DNA from: Dimorphilus gyrociliatus
Lineage: Eukaryota > Animalia > Annelida
DNA: 64,000 nt
NCBI GenBank assembly: GCA_904063045.1
Contig: CAJFCJ010000031.1
Coordinates: forward strand, 155,105 to 219,104
Direction: 5' to 3'
A program made the translations under genes and the position numbers. Below, one piece after another: positions 45,677-57,089 of this stretch. The stretch's first letter is position 1; each line of letters begins with the position of its first letter. The notes below the pieces were generated by a model that saw only the letters and a list, made by a program, of their open reading frames with translations, was not told where the DNA came from and searched no databases.

Positions 45677-47951
45677 CTATTGGATTACAACAAAAAAAAT
45701 TAAAACTTCTCTCACTTATTTACATTAAATAAACTTACCGTTCTGCCATTCTTATTCATAAATTATTTATAGTACAACTTTTCATGCAGATCAAGCCAAG
45801 TGCCGTGTATAGTTGTTCTTTACATTCATTATACTCTTTGGGATCGCCATATTTGATATTAGTCTGGCTACGGAATCCGCATCACATAGAACAACGATCA
45901 AAGGAGTCTGCCTGCAACCGCGTTCTCTTTCTTCCCGCTAGCCTTATAAAAATTAAAGCTAAAAGCTTCCCTATAGGCGGAAAAAAGAGAAAATTAACAA
46001 GCAGATGTTTTATTGGATCTTAAAAAATAATTTTAAAGCGGGGACGTTTTCTGTCCATTTCAAAAAAAAAAGAATAAAGAACAAAATTTAAGAAAATAAA
46101 GAAATAATTGAGAAAGAAACGAAAAGAGTACAGTTTACAATGAAAGCAAGAGAATGAAGATATTTCTTTTTCTTTCTTTTTTATATAGCCCACTGCTGCC
46201 AATGAACTTTATTCTTATACTAACCTCTTGAAATTGAATTAAGAATTGTAAATAAATAGGTGTCAATTGATTGAAATCCTACTATTAAATAGAAGCAGAG
46301 TAAATAGATAGGAGAAAAGTTTCTTGGAATAAAATATTAGGATATATTTATATGTTATTTATTGTGGAATAGCAATTTTTACCAGTGGAATAAGAAGATA
46401 AAGCGTAACTAGATAGAACATCATTCAATGCGATAAGATTTCCTATCGTTTTCTTCCAGAAGAGAAAAATAAAGAAGAAGAAGAAGATTAATGAAAGCAA
46501 TACGTTGGCTCTATATCAATCAACGACTGCGATCAGTTTATTCTATTTCTAAATCAATCGAATGGAAGATGATACTGATTATCGAATAAAATTAGACAAA
46601 AGGTAGCTAATTTATTTAAAAAAATTAAATGCTTCACCTTCCGTTTGGCCTATTTTCGACCTATATAAAAGAAATCTCTCGTACTAAACTCTACATCAAA
46701 TTTAAAAGGACACGACCTTTTAAATACTAGATTTTTATGTGATCTAACAACAAGAACGAGTTATCAAGGAGTATAGCTAGGTGTTTTTCTTCTCTGTACC
46801 CTATTTTTCTACACCAGTATTGGTCTGTAACCAGTCAAAATTTTTATTTGGAATTGTTTTTATAAACAAACAATTTCTCATCCTTCACTAGTCAACGAGA
46901 AACGTCCCTAATTTAATAAACAATTGGAATACAGGTTAACACAACATGCGAGGCGTGCATATAGTATAAACTCGAAAATCTGGCATTTTAAATCATTTAT
47001 GAAGCATAGGCTTTAAGTTTTATAAAATAAAAACACCTTCAGGTAAAATATAGCGAATGTTTCAGAAGAATAAGTATCATCAACAGGCTTTAATTAATAG
47101 AGTGAGAACTCTTAAAAGACCATAGAAAATGCAACTACAAACAGAGTTATATAAAAAAACAGCTCTATATTTAAACAAGCAACTGTAATTGATCATAATA
47201 CTACTATCGACAGAATATAATACTTAACCAAATGATTTCTATACTTGAAACAGAGATCGGTTTTATTATATTATTCTAAACGAAATGATACGTTCGTAAA
47301 AGAATAAAGCTGTAGGACAAACAAGTTTGTAAGTGAGCTATCAAATGAGAAATGGCAAATAAGACGTTCAAAGCTGGTTTGTTTAATATTTATACAACAC
47401 ATACATAGGACTGTAATAATTGAATATAAATAAGAATTAAATTGAACATATTTGTATAAATTATATTAAATAAAAAAATTCTGAAGATTTTATCTCTCAT
47501 TCACAATTATAATATTGCTAAATAAATAAGAAAATTTAAAAAAAAGTGATGATAAAAGTATCAAATAGTCTTTAAAAATATAAGTGTATATTCTTACAAT
47601 TTATCAACCTGTTAAGGATAGCTCCAGGCAAACAGAGAGGTTTTCTTTTTGCTTAAATATTTTTATATTACAGTATATAGAAAATATCGTTGCTTTGAAT
47701 AAAAGTTTTCTTACCCTAGAACGTATAGGTAAATCGAAAAATTCTTCTATTATTAAAAGGTAATATATTATGTCTAAAATTTCGATATTTACTCACAAAA
47801 ATGTAGAGATCGATTTTATAAAATTACGCACGATCGGTTAGAGAATGTTTTATACCCATATACTCAAGCTATCAATAATAAGTAACACATATATATACTA
47901 TAGATTTTTTATTTTATAGATTAGTAATAATAGTTATATTTAGAGTATATA

Positions 47952-47954
<3 letters not shown>

Positions 47955-47992
<38 letters not shown>

Positions 47993-48008
47993 CTGTGTCT
48001 GTGTCTGT
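47955..48008. repeat. (TA)n then (TG/TCTG)n compound microsatellite
   Basis: atatatatatatatatatatatatatatgtgtgtgtctgtgtctgtgtctg. Confidence 0.95.
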
Positions 48009-49444
48009 ATATAGTACAGTGTAAAAATTGTATATATCTCTTTTTAAATATAAAATGTTAATAGTATTGTATTTTTTTAAGTTCGTATTATATAACATAT
48101 TAAATAACTCAATAGGTTGATTACATTGTGCAAAAAAAATAATGAAAAACCGTTGTAAAAGATAAACGAGAATATGAATAAATCAGAAAAAATTATACTG
48201 GTATTTTTGTATACTATCCGTAATAACATACTGGTATTACTGATGCTATAAACAAAGATATTTCCTTTTTTTAACCCTATCAATTGCTGTTCTTTATCAT
48301 TCCTATATTTTTGGCCTACATTGTAATAAAAGGAAACTACAGCAGTATAAAGTCTTAATAAAACATTTCGTGTTTTAGCTAATAAAATATAGTTTTGAAA
48401 AGAGAAAGAGTGTAAACAATTTCTTATAAAATAAAAGAATGTCTCCGAGCTCCATATATCAATGCTTTCTTTCTCATACTACTGATGTGATTTAAGGTCA
48501 GTTATAATAGCTCCTTTTAAATTCCTTATCTTTATATAATATAAGCTTTTTAGCAATATTTCGAAACAAGCTGAATTATACGTATACGATTCATTTATTG
48601 TTATGAAGATGTATGTTACACCATCTACTTAATATAAATAAGATGAAAGCTTTAAAATAAATTAAAACTGAAAATTTTTTTTTCGAACGTTAAGAATAAA
48701 GTTGGTATTAACTGTTTTTTTGTTTAAAGAAAAATAACTAATAAAATCAAAATTCGCTTTCAAAGATTGTAAATACGGGAGCTATTTAACTAATAATGCA
48801 CATAATTACTCGTTTCATTAATATTACTATTATTCGTTAATATCTATGAAAATTTTAAGTAAGGAAAAATATTTGATAGAACTAACAGTTTTGATTTTAT
48901 GAGGTTACCTACTCCTACGGAGAGGAATTGTCTGGTGTGACGTGAAATTTAAAAAGTCTTTAATATTGAATATAGATATAATAAGCTAAAAGTCAGTTAA
49001 TGAAAGTAATAATATAGTAATAGACTTATGTTCTTATAATGATTTGTAAGTGAATTTCTTGATGAATGTTCCGTCAGCTGACTTTAAGTATAGTCGATTC
49101 GATTTTGCCGCCAAATTTTAACTGTGTACTAAATTACATAGATGTCACTCATTTAACCGGTAATTGAAAAAGTCATCATTTCATCGAAATTAATAGTTCA
49201 GAAAGGTTGTTGTGAATTTTAATTCATTTTTGAGCATATATTTTATAGATTTAGCAAATGAAATTGTAATTAATGCTATATTCATAAAATTAGACAATCT
49301 CATAAGTGACCGTTTAATAACCGGTTTTAGATTTTTGCCGTGTCCAAGTTACTCCTATCGAATCGATTATTTGTCGGAAGTTCGGAAATCGGAAGTGTCA
49401 TTTTAAAGGGTGCAATAAGCTGCTGACCCTCAAATATTTCAACG

Positions 49445-49476
49445 ATGGGGTTGTCACAAAGGCAGAGAGAAGAGCT
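49445..49476 (+). CDS. LIS1: LIS1 (PAFAH1B1) exon 1
   Basis: MGLSQRQREEL (human MVLSQRQRDEL). Donor CT|GTAAGT. Confidence 0.85.
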
Positions 49477-49531
49477 GTAAGTATAAATAGTCATTTATTG
49501 ATTGTTAATTTGATTAATCATAAAATTGCAG

Positions 49532-49610
49532 CCATAAAGCTATTGCTAGTTATTTTCATGAAAACGGTTTGCTGGAGAGTCTGGAAGCTTTTCAAAAAGA
49601 AACGAATATG
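49532..49610 (+). CDS. LIS1: LIS1 exon 2 (LisH domain)
   Basis: (L)HKAIASYFHENGLLESLEAFQKETNM. Confidence 0.85.
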
Positions 49611-49669
49611 GTAAATCTATGATTCTAATTGACAATCAGAAAATCTGATGAGTTATTTTCAATCTTTAG

Positions 49670-49954
49670 CAAGAGTTAGATAATGAAAAGAAGTTCACAG
49701 GACTCCTAGAGAAAAAATGGATATCCGTCTTACGTTTACAGAAAAAGGTAATGGATTTGGAGAATCGACTTAGTGAAGCCGAAAAAGAGATGACTGGTGG
49801 CTTGCCAACAAAGGAGAAACGTCAGCCTGCGGAATGGATCCCGAGACCACCATTCCTTTACAGTCTCACTGGTCATCGCGCCCCAATCACTCGAGTTATA
49901 TTTCATCCTGTTTACAGTGTCATCGTATCTGCTAGCGAAGATGCTACAATAAAG
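49670..49954 (+). CDS. LIS1: LIS1 exon 3: coiled coil plus the first WD40 repeat
   Basis: [95 protein letters not shown] aligns with [83 protein letters not shown]. Confidence 0.95.
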
Positions 49955-50004
49955 GTATTAACATAATTATTTTCATGCAGGTTACTGATTGCTCTTTTTT
50001 GTAG

Positions 50005-50101
50005 ATATGGGACTATGATAGTGGTAGATGCGAGAGAACACTGAAGGGGCATACAGACGCCGTTCAAGATATCGCCTTTGATCCTCAGGGGAAGATTCTC
50101 G
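50005..50101 (+). CDS. LIS1: LIS1 exon 4
   Basis: [32 protein letters not shown](A); human [33 protein letters not shown]. Confidence 0.95.
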
Positions 50102-50233
50102 GTAAGGAACATTTTTTTATTAGCAATGACGTAAATAAAAAGTAATTGTGTTTTTGATATCTGAAATATGTAAACGGCTTACGTTTGTTTAGAGTTTTAT
50201 AACTGATAACCAAGTACTTTTTGTAATCAACAG

Positions 50234-50544
50234 CCTCGTGTTCAGCTGATTTATCGATTAAATTATGGGATTTTGTGGGTCATGAATGCATAAGAACCTT
50301 ACATGGTCACGAGCACAATGTATCAAGCGTAGCTTTTATGCCCCGTGGTGACATGCTGATTTCTGCGTCAAGAGACAAAACTATTAAAATGTGGCAGCTT
50401 GATACAGGACATAACGTTTTCACATATTTTGGACATACCGATTGGGTTCGAATGGTTCGCATTAGCGACGATGGTAGCATGCTAGCGTCTTGCTCCAGTG
50501 ACCAAACTGTTAGAATATGGGTTGTAGGACAAAAGGGCTGCAAA
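50234..50544 (+). CDS. LIS1: LIS1 exon 5
   Basis: [103 protein letters not shown]. Confidence 0.95.
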
Positions 50545-50613
50545 GTAAATATTTGTCAACAGTCTTACTTTTTTAAGTTTTACTTAACTTTATCATTAAA
50601 AAAAACTTTTTAG

Positions 50614-50956
50614 AGCGAGCTTAGAGATCACCAGCACGTTGTAGAATGTGTTGCATGGGCGCCAAGTGTCTCAAATCCTTCCATCAGTGAAGGAGCAGCT
50701 TTAAGTTCAGATAAGAATGGTCGTTACGTAGCGTCAGGAAGTAGGGATAAATTGATAAAAATATGGGACGTAAATAGTGGTGCATGCGTGATAACTCTGG
50801 TCGGCCATGATAACTGGGTTCGTGGCATCGTCTTTCATCCTGGAGGTAGATACCTGTTATCTGCTTGCGATGATAAAACTTTACGTGTTTGGCTACTTAA
50901 GTCGAAGATGAATATCAAAACGCTCGACGCTCATACTCATTTCTGCACGTCACTTG
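50614..50956 (+). CDS. LIS1: LIS1 exon 6
   Basis: [114 protein letters not shown]. Confidence 0.95.
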
Positions 50957-51039
50957 GTAAGTAACAATACCTTTCCTATCCCCTCAACCCTTCTAATCTA
51001 TTCAATTAACTCATTAATAAAAAAATAAATTTACTAATA

Positions 51040-51105
51040 GATTTTCATCCGAGTAACCCCTTCATTGCTACTGGAAGCGTCGACGAAACAGTGAAGGTGT
51101 GGGAA
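51040..51105 (+). CDS. LIS1: LIS1 terminal exon; stop at 51103-51105
   Basis: [24 protein letters not shown] (human [24 protein letters not shown]). Confidence 0.95.
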
Positions 51106-51837
51106 TGCCGTTAACCATGACTTCGATAACTAAGTGATTTTTCGATAAAAAAAAAATTAGTGCTTTTTCGAAAAATAAGTGTTTTGCCTCGTTATAATTG
51201 TTATGTTATCTTTCCAAACGGTTCGACAACTTCAGTGCGCGCTTGATTGCTTTAATTCTTTTGTAAGAACTGTTGTGCGAAACAAAAAAGAAAAATCTCG
51301 AATTTAGGTAAACTTATTCCTCATTGGTGGAAACGTTTTTTTTTCTTTGTAAATATATATATGAATGACATGTGCAATATTAGAGGAGGATAATATTAGG
51401 ATCATGTCCGCATGCGAGATTTGGTCGTTTTTCAATGTACAATGAACGATTGAGAGTGCAAACAGACAAACATTTAAAAAAAAAACATGGCATGAGTACA
51501 ACGATTAACATGCAAGTGGATTAGTTTTTAGTTGTTTCATTTTGACTTGAACGATAATTTGCGCTAAAAAGCGTAGGTTGTTGTTTATTGGTCTTTTATT
51601 GAATTGCATATTTGTAAAATGTTTTACATGAAATTTTTCTGTGCATATGAAAAAGGGCAGTATTAAACATGGAACTATGGAAATATAATTATAAATAACC
51701 GAACAATTGATTTTCGCGCGACAACTCGCTCGAGTACGAATGACGTAATGGGAGTTCCCCGGGAGTTCCCTCGTTCTGCTTCTGCCCAACGCGTGTCAGC
51801 GACGAGATCACTATTTATTTAACGTTTATCAATTGAG

Positions 51838-51952
51838 ATGGATGCGGCAATTTTGAGAAAACCTAATTGTTTGTGGAAACCCGATAGAACCAAGAAAACT
51901 AACTTGGATACATTCAGGGATCTTATCAACAAGAAATACGGACAAAATTTGC
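51838..51952 (+). CDS. AACS: Acetoacetyl-CoA synthetase (AACS) exon 1
   Basis: MDAAILRKPNCLWKPDRTKKTNLDTFRDLINKKYGQNL. Donor C|GTAATT. Confidence 0.8.
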
Positions 51953-52027
51953 GTAATTATTCTACTTTTGTAACATTTCAATGCTGAATTACGAAATAGT
52001 TTTCTCTAAGGTTGAATGATTTTGCAG

Positions 52028-52131
52028 AAACCTACAAAGAATTGCATAGATGGAGTGTAGATCATTATCCAGAATTTTGGGGAGAAGTCTGGGATTTTAC
52101 GAATATAAAATATTCAAGATCATATAATCAG
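52028..52131 (+). CDS. AACS: AACS exon 2
   Basis: QTYKELHRWSVDHYPEFWGEVWDFTNIKYSRSYNQ. Confidence 0.8.
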
Positions 52132-52590
52132 GTAATGTGTTAGCTTAATCTTTTAAAATTATTCGTCTTTCCGTCATATAGAATCAGCCGATCAAGACTT
52201 ATTCTGATTGGTAGTTGTTGTCCACGCCTTCTTGCCTTGAACTTGACCTTTCTTTTTATCGATAGGCCTTTGGCAGATTCTACGTTTTAACTTGAAATAA
52301 ATTTAATACTTTTATGTATAACAATTTACAAAATAATATTTTTTACAACAGCTGTACATAGATAGATAGATACGTATCGGGCAACATTTGGGTTAAAAAA
52401 AAGGCGGAACATAATATAGTGTATTTCTAAACAAAAAACTTTAAAAAAAAAATAACAATAAAGAATGCAATTCATCCTAATTATTTTGTAAACTAATTTT
52501 ACGTATATACTAGTTTATATACTGTATATATACAATATAAATTTATATATATATATAGTGTTTCAATATTACGTAATTTTTTTTTATTAG

Positions 52591-52714
52591 GTTTACGATG
52601 CTACTGTTAGAATGGATGAATTTCCTCCTAAATGGTTTTCGGGAGCTTTATTTAATTTTGCCGAAAATCTTTTAAAGCATGAAGACGAAGATAAAGTAGC
52701 CATTTATGCGGCAG
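52591..52714 (+). CDS. AACS: AACS exon 3
   Basis: VYDATVRMDEFPPKWFSGALFNFAENLLKHEDEDKVAIYAA. Confidence 0.85.
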
Positions 52715-52790
52715 GTACGAAGTTTTATATATATATACATAAATAATGAACAGCTAATTTAAGATAGTTTTATCATAATTATCTATATAG

Positions 52791-53208
52791 TCGAAGGTCA
52801 CGATGAAATTAAGCGAAGAACGTTTAGGGAATTGAAGGATGATGTGGCCTTATATGCTTCTGCTATGAGAAAAATGGGTATTGGAAAAAATGACAGGGTT
52901 GTGGGATACATTCCAAACTGTATTGAAGCTATTGTTGCCATGCTTGCTGCTGTATCACTTGGTGCGATTTGGAGTAGTGCTTCTCCTGATTTTGGAGTAA
53001 CTGGTGTTCTTGAAAGATTTTGTCAAATTTCCCCAAAATTTATTATTTCCGTTAATGGAGTCATTTATAACGGTAAAACCTACGAACACTTGACAAAATT
53101 ATCAAAGGTAGCGAATGTTCTACCTGAAGTTGAAAAAGTTGTTGTTATACCTTATTTGAAATTTGAAAATGGATCGTCCAAGTCTGATCTATCTTTCATT
53201 AGAAATGC
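52791..53208 (+). CDS. AACS: AACS exon 4
   Basis: VEGHDEIKRRTFRELKDDVALYASAMRKMGIGKNDRVVGYIPNCIEAIVAMLAAVSLGAIWSSASPDFGVTGVLERFCQISPKFIISVNGVIYNGKTYEHL...VVVIPY matches human AACS [89 protein letters not shown]. Confidence 0.95.
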
Positions 53209-53278
53209 GTATGTAAAAAATAATATTTACAAAAAAATCAATCAATTTTACAGCTGTTTCTATTAATATTTTCTTCAG

Positions 53279-53638
53279 ATGCTCCCTTGAAGAATTCTTG
53301 GAATCTGGAAGGAACAGCGACGGCACTGTAGATAATCTAATTTTTGAACAATTACCTTTCGATCATCCAGTATTTATAATGTATTCTTCGGGTACAACCG
53401 GAGTACCTAAGTGTATTGTTCATTCGGCTGGTGGAACATTAATTAAGCATCTAGAAGAACACGCTCTCCAAGGAGATATGAGGAGTGAGGATAGAATGCT
53501 TTATTATACGACAACTGGTTGGATGATGTGGAATTGGTTTGTTTCGCCATTGGCCATTGGAGCCAGTTTAGTTTGTTACGATGGATCTCCATTGGTACCT
53601 AATCAAAATATTTTGTGGGACTTGATCGATAAACTTGG
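53279..53638 (+). CDS. AACS: AACS exon 5 (AMP-binding core)
   Basis: CSLEEFLESGRNSDGTVDNLIFEQLPFDHPVFIMYSSGTTGVPKCIVHSAGGTLIKHLEEHALQGDMRSEDRMLYYTTTGWMMWNWFVSPLAIGASLVCYDGSPLVPNQNILWDLIDKL. Confidence 0.95.
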
Positions 53639-53710
53639 GTAAGATTTAGTAAAAGCTCACCAATTGAATACGTGTTTTATTAACAACTTTACACTTTTTA
53701 TTATTATTAG

Positions 53711-53775
53711 AATCACTATACTTGGCACTGGTGCAAAATGGTTGGCCGTTTTGGAAGAAAGGGACATAAAACCCA
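53711..53775 (+). CDS. AACS: AACS exon 6
   Basis: (G)ITILGTGAKWLAVLEERDIKP. Confidence 0.8.
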
Positions 53776-53872
53776 GTAAGATTATTTTTTTTTAAACCTT
53801 TAATCCATTTATAATAGATAAAAAGCGTCTCGTTAATGCATCATTTATCTTATTCTTATTCTTATTCTATAG

Positions 53873-54364
53873 TGAATACTCATAAATTAACAACGCTACG
53901 CTCGATATTATCGACTGGCTCACCATTATCTCCAAAATCTTTCCGATACGTCTACGAACACGTTAAAAAAGATATATTACTTGGTTCTATTACGGGTGGT
54001 ACGGACATAATTGCCTGTTTTGCTGGTCAGAATTGTACTCTACCAGTTTATGAAGGTGAAATTCAATCAGTTCATTTGGGTGTCGATATGGTCAGTTTAG
54101 ATGAGGATGGAAAAGAAGTTTATGGCGAAAGTGGTGATCTTGTTTGCAGGAAGCCATTCCCAAGTATGCCAATTTATTTTTGGAATGATCCTAAAAATGA
54201 AAAATATCGAAAGGCCTATTATGATAAATATGATGGCATGTGGGCTCACGGTGATTTTTGTCTTATTAATCCTAAGACTGATGGAATATGGATGTTGGGT
54301 AGAAGTGATGGTACTCTAAATCCAAATGGTGTGCGATTTGGTAGTTCAGAAATATATCAAATCG
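53873..54364 (+). CDS. AACS: AACS exon 7
   Basis: [163 protein letters not shown] (human ...[22 protein letters not shown]). Confidence 0.95.
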
Positions 54365-54435
54365 GTAAAAATAATTATAGAATAACGCGTTACATTCAAT
54401 GTATTAATTGTATATGTTTTTTTTTCTTTTTCTAG

Positions 54436-54641
54436 TTGAAGAATTCAAAGAAATTGCAGATAGTTTATGCATTGGTCAAAAGAGTGCTGATGGAAATGAA
54501 GAGAGAGTTGTACTCTTCTTGAAAATGGCCCAAGGAAGCGATTTTAATGAGGATTTGAAAAAGAGACTTCAAGTTGAAATCCGTATGCAACTATCTGCCA
54601 GACATGTGCCATCTATAATTTTGTCTATTTCCGATATACCG
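54436..54641 (+). CDS. AACS: AACS exon 8
   Basis: VEEFKEIADSLCIGQKSADGNEERVVLFLKMAQGSDFNEDLKKRLQVEIRMQLSARHVPSIILSISDIP. Confidence 0.9.
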
Positions 54642-54709
54642 GTAAGTGATTACACATTATCTGCTCTGCGATAAAGGTCGTTAATTTGACATTTTTCTTG
54701 TATTAACAG

Positions 54710-54847
54710 TACACCAATAGCGGAAAGAAAGTTGAAGTTGCAGTGAAAAAGATTTTAGCCGGAGAAGACGTTAAAAGTCGAGGAGCATATATTAATCCTA
54801 ACTCTCTAGATCTTTATTACAATATCAAAGAACTACAGAATTACTAA
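54710..54847 (+). CDS. AACS: AACS terminal exon; stop at 54845-54847
   Basis: [45 protein letters not shown] (human [21 protein letters not shown]...). Confidence 0.9.
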   Translation, partial: YTNSGKKVEVAVKKILAGEDVKSRGAYINPNSLDLYYNIKELQNY

Positions 54848-54920
54848 GTTTCATTTTGGTTTTTTTTTGTTCTGAAGGTTAAATTAATACAAATTATTCA
54901 AATTTAGCATCAAATTTTCT

Positions 54921-55002
54921 CTAACATCTTTCCATCATGATTGCGATACCTTGACCACCACCAATACAAGCAGAGCCAACGGCAATATTCGCGTTTCTTC
55001 GT
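54921..55002 (-). CDS. ACAA2: Thiolase (ACAA2-like 3-ketoacyl-CoA/acetoacetyl-CoA thiolase) terminal exon; stop at 54921-54923
   Basis: (R)RNANIAVGSACIGGGQGIAIMMERC* (human ACAA2 ...GGKYAVGSACIGGGQGIAVII...). Confidence 0.85.
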
Positions 55003-55056
55003 CTGGATTAATAATAATAATGATAGCTATTATTATAATAGGATTACAATAATTAC

Positions 55057-55412
55057 CTCAATTCGTGAGCCAAGTGTGCAGTAATTCTCGAACCAGAGGC
55101 GCCGACTGGATGACCTAGGGCAATAGCTCCTCCATTAACATTAGTTTTTTCCGGATCTAAACCTAACTCCTTTTGGCAAGCCAGAAATTGTGGTGCAAAA
55201 GCCTCGTTGATATCAAAAATATCAACATCTCCGACGCTCTTACCAGTTTTGGATAGAAGGGCTCTGATTGCTGGCACTGGACCAATACCCATTATACTTG
55301 GATCACAGCCTGAAATTGCATAACCAGTTATTGAAGCAAGGGGCGTCAAGTTTTGATCTTTGACAGCTTGTTCACTGGCAACAATAACACAGCCGGCTCC
55401 ATCACAAATACC
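55057..55412 (-). CDS. ACAA2: Thiolase exon (C-terminal catalytic region)
   Basis: GICDGAGCVIVASEQAVKDQNLTPLASITGYAISGCDPSIMGIGPVPAIRALLSKTGKSVGDVDIFDINEAFAPQFLACQKELGLDPEKTNVNGGAIALGHPVGASGSRITAHLAHEL. Donor AG|GTAATT. Confidence 0.92.
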
Positions 55413-55472
55413 CTACAATAAATAACATAAGATAATTATAATTAGTTCATATAATGAATTATGATAACAAAC

Positions 55473-56042
55473 AGAAGCATTGCCGGCGTTAACAGTTCCA
55501 TTCTTTTTGAATACAGATGGTAATTTTGCTAAACTTTCAACTGTTGCCTTTGGTTTAGGGTGCTCATCAATTTCCATAATTTCTTCACCCTTTCTTGTTT
55601 TAACCTTGATTGGTACCATTTCCATTTTAAATGCACCACTCTCTTGACCTTCAAACCATTTGGTTTGACTACGAACTGCGAAAGTGTCGCTTTCTTCTCT
55701 AGAAATATTGTATTTTGTAGCTAGATTTTCAGCGGTAACACCCATAGGAGTTTTGATCTGTTGATCAATTAAACCTTTCCAAAGGGCATCTTCCAAAACT
55801 GGATCAGTTCCGAGTTTAATACCAAATCTAGCATTTCTCAAAACGTAAGGAGCTTGAGACATGTTCTCTGTCCCTCCAGTTAATACAACATTACTTAATC
55901 CTAACTCGATTTCTTGACAGGCCGTAACTACCGACTGGAAGCCAGAACCACAAAGTCTATTCACTGCATGTCCTGGAGTTTCTGTTTTCATTCCTAATCT
56001 TATACTAACGTGCCTAGGTGTATAGGCTCCATCTATTGAACT
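55473..56042 (-). CDS. ACAA2: Thiolase exon with the active-site cysteine region
   Basis: SIDGAYTPRHVSIRLGMKTETPGHAVNRLCGSGFQSVVTACQEIELGLSNVVLTGGTENMSQAPYVLRNARFGIKLGTDPVLEDALWKGLIDQ...AENLATKYNISREESDTFAVRSQ...GTVNAGNAS aligns closely with human ACAA2 VNRLCGSGFQSIVNGCQEI...ESMSQAPYCVRNVRFGTKLGSD. Confidence 0.92.
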
Positions 56043-56112
56043 CTAAAAAAGTTTACAAAATATAAATATTTATTTTGTTGACAATTCGTAAAACATTAAT
56101 TAAAATATTTAC

Positions 56113-56288
56113 GTGAAAAACATTTCCAATGACAACTGAATCAACATTTTCTGGTTTAACGTTACCCGCTTCTAAAGCTGCTCTGGCAGCAATTTCTTGT
56201 AGATCGGTTTGAGAAAAAGCAGCTAGTCGACCCCCAAATGTTCCAAATGGTGTTCTTTTGGCGGCAACAATGAAGGCCTTACTTACTT
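56113..56288 (-). CDS. ACAA2: Thiolase exon 2
   Basis: EVSKAFIVAAKRTPFGTFGGRLAAFSQTDLQEIAARAALEAGNVKPENVDSVVIGNVFS (ACAA2 VFIVAAKRTPFGAYGGLLKDFTATDLSEFAARAALSAGKV). Confidence 0.9.
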
Positions 56289-56355
56289 CTGCAAAATATT
56301 AGTTTTTCAAATGTTTCATTTATAGTTTTATTAATTAAAGAAAGCTTTAATTTAC

Positions 56356-56371
56356 CTTTTGCAAGAGCCAT
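56356..56371 (-). CDS. ACAA2: Thiolase exon 1; ATG at 56369-56371
   Basis: MALAK then G|GTAAAT (ACAA2 starts MALLRGVFIVAAKRTPFG). Confidence 0.7.
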
Positions 56372-56659
56372 CGTCCTAGTTTCTGTTCGAGTTCACAAAA
56401 TGCTGTGATGAGTGACAAATATCTTGATTGGGTAAAAGTTCCTCTTTCAGCCAATCACCGGCAACTTAACGAAATTTAGCAGACGAACATTGGTCTAAAT
56501 GACAAAAGTTGAAATCTAAGTTTAAAGTACGCCGAAGACTTTGTATCTAAATTTGCATATATCAGATAAAATCGTTGTTTGAATTTTAAGCGATTTAAAT
56601 GATTACAGTAAACCCTATTAGTATTGCGAAATAGTTGTTTGGGCGATAAAGTAAAAACA

Positions 56660-56733
56660 ATGGCTCTGCTTTCATATGAAAAGCAAGCTTTTGCAGATGC
56701 ATTTAATGAAGATGGTCTTCTTGTTTGCGCAAG
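56660..56733 (+). CDS. ERCC4: XPF/ERCC4 (mei-9 type) endonuclease exon 1
   Basis: MALLSYEKQAFADAFNEDGLLVCA(R); human [26 protein letters not shown]. Donor AAG|GTAGAT. Confidence 0.85.
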
Positions 56734-56793
56734 GTAGATTTTCAATTAAACACTTTTTGATTTTTTAAAAAAAAAAAATTTCTAAATTCGCAG

Positions 56794-56890
56794 AGGAATG
56801 GGTTTGGAGAGAATTTTCGTAACGTTCCTTAAATTATACTGTGATCCCGGTCAATTGGTTTATGTGATAAATACAAATGAAGAAGAACAA
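56794..56890 (+). CDS. ERCC4: XPF exon 2
   Basis: GMGLERIFVTFLKLYCDPGQLVYVINTNEEEQ (human [33 protein letters not shown]). Confidence 0.85.
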
Positions 56891-56945
56891 GTGACCTCTA
56901 TTTTAGTATAACATGACACATAAATACAAATATTTTTCTTTATAG

Positions 56946-57028
56946 GCCTATTTTATAGAACAACTAGAATTACAAGACGTTAAGCCGTTACCAAAATCGA
57001 TTACATCAGATTTTAGCGTTGCTGAAAG
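56946..57028 (+). CDS. ERCC4: XPF exon 3
   Basis: AYFIEQLELQDVKPLPKSITSDFSVAER. Confidence 0.75.
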
Positions 57029-57089
57029 GTAATTTTAGTTAGTTATTAAAGCAAATCATAATATTAAATAATTTCAAACATTTCTAGAG

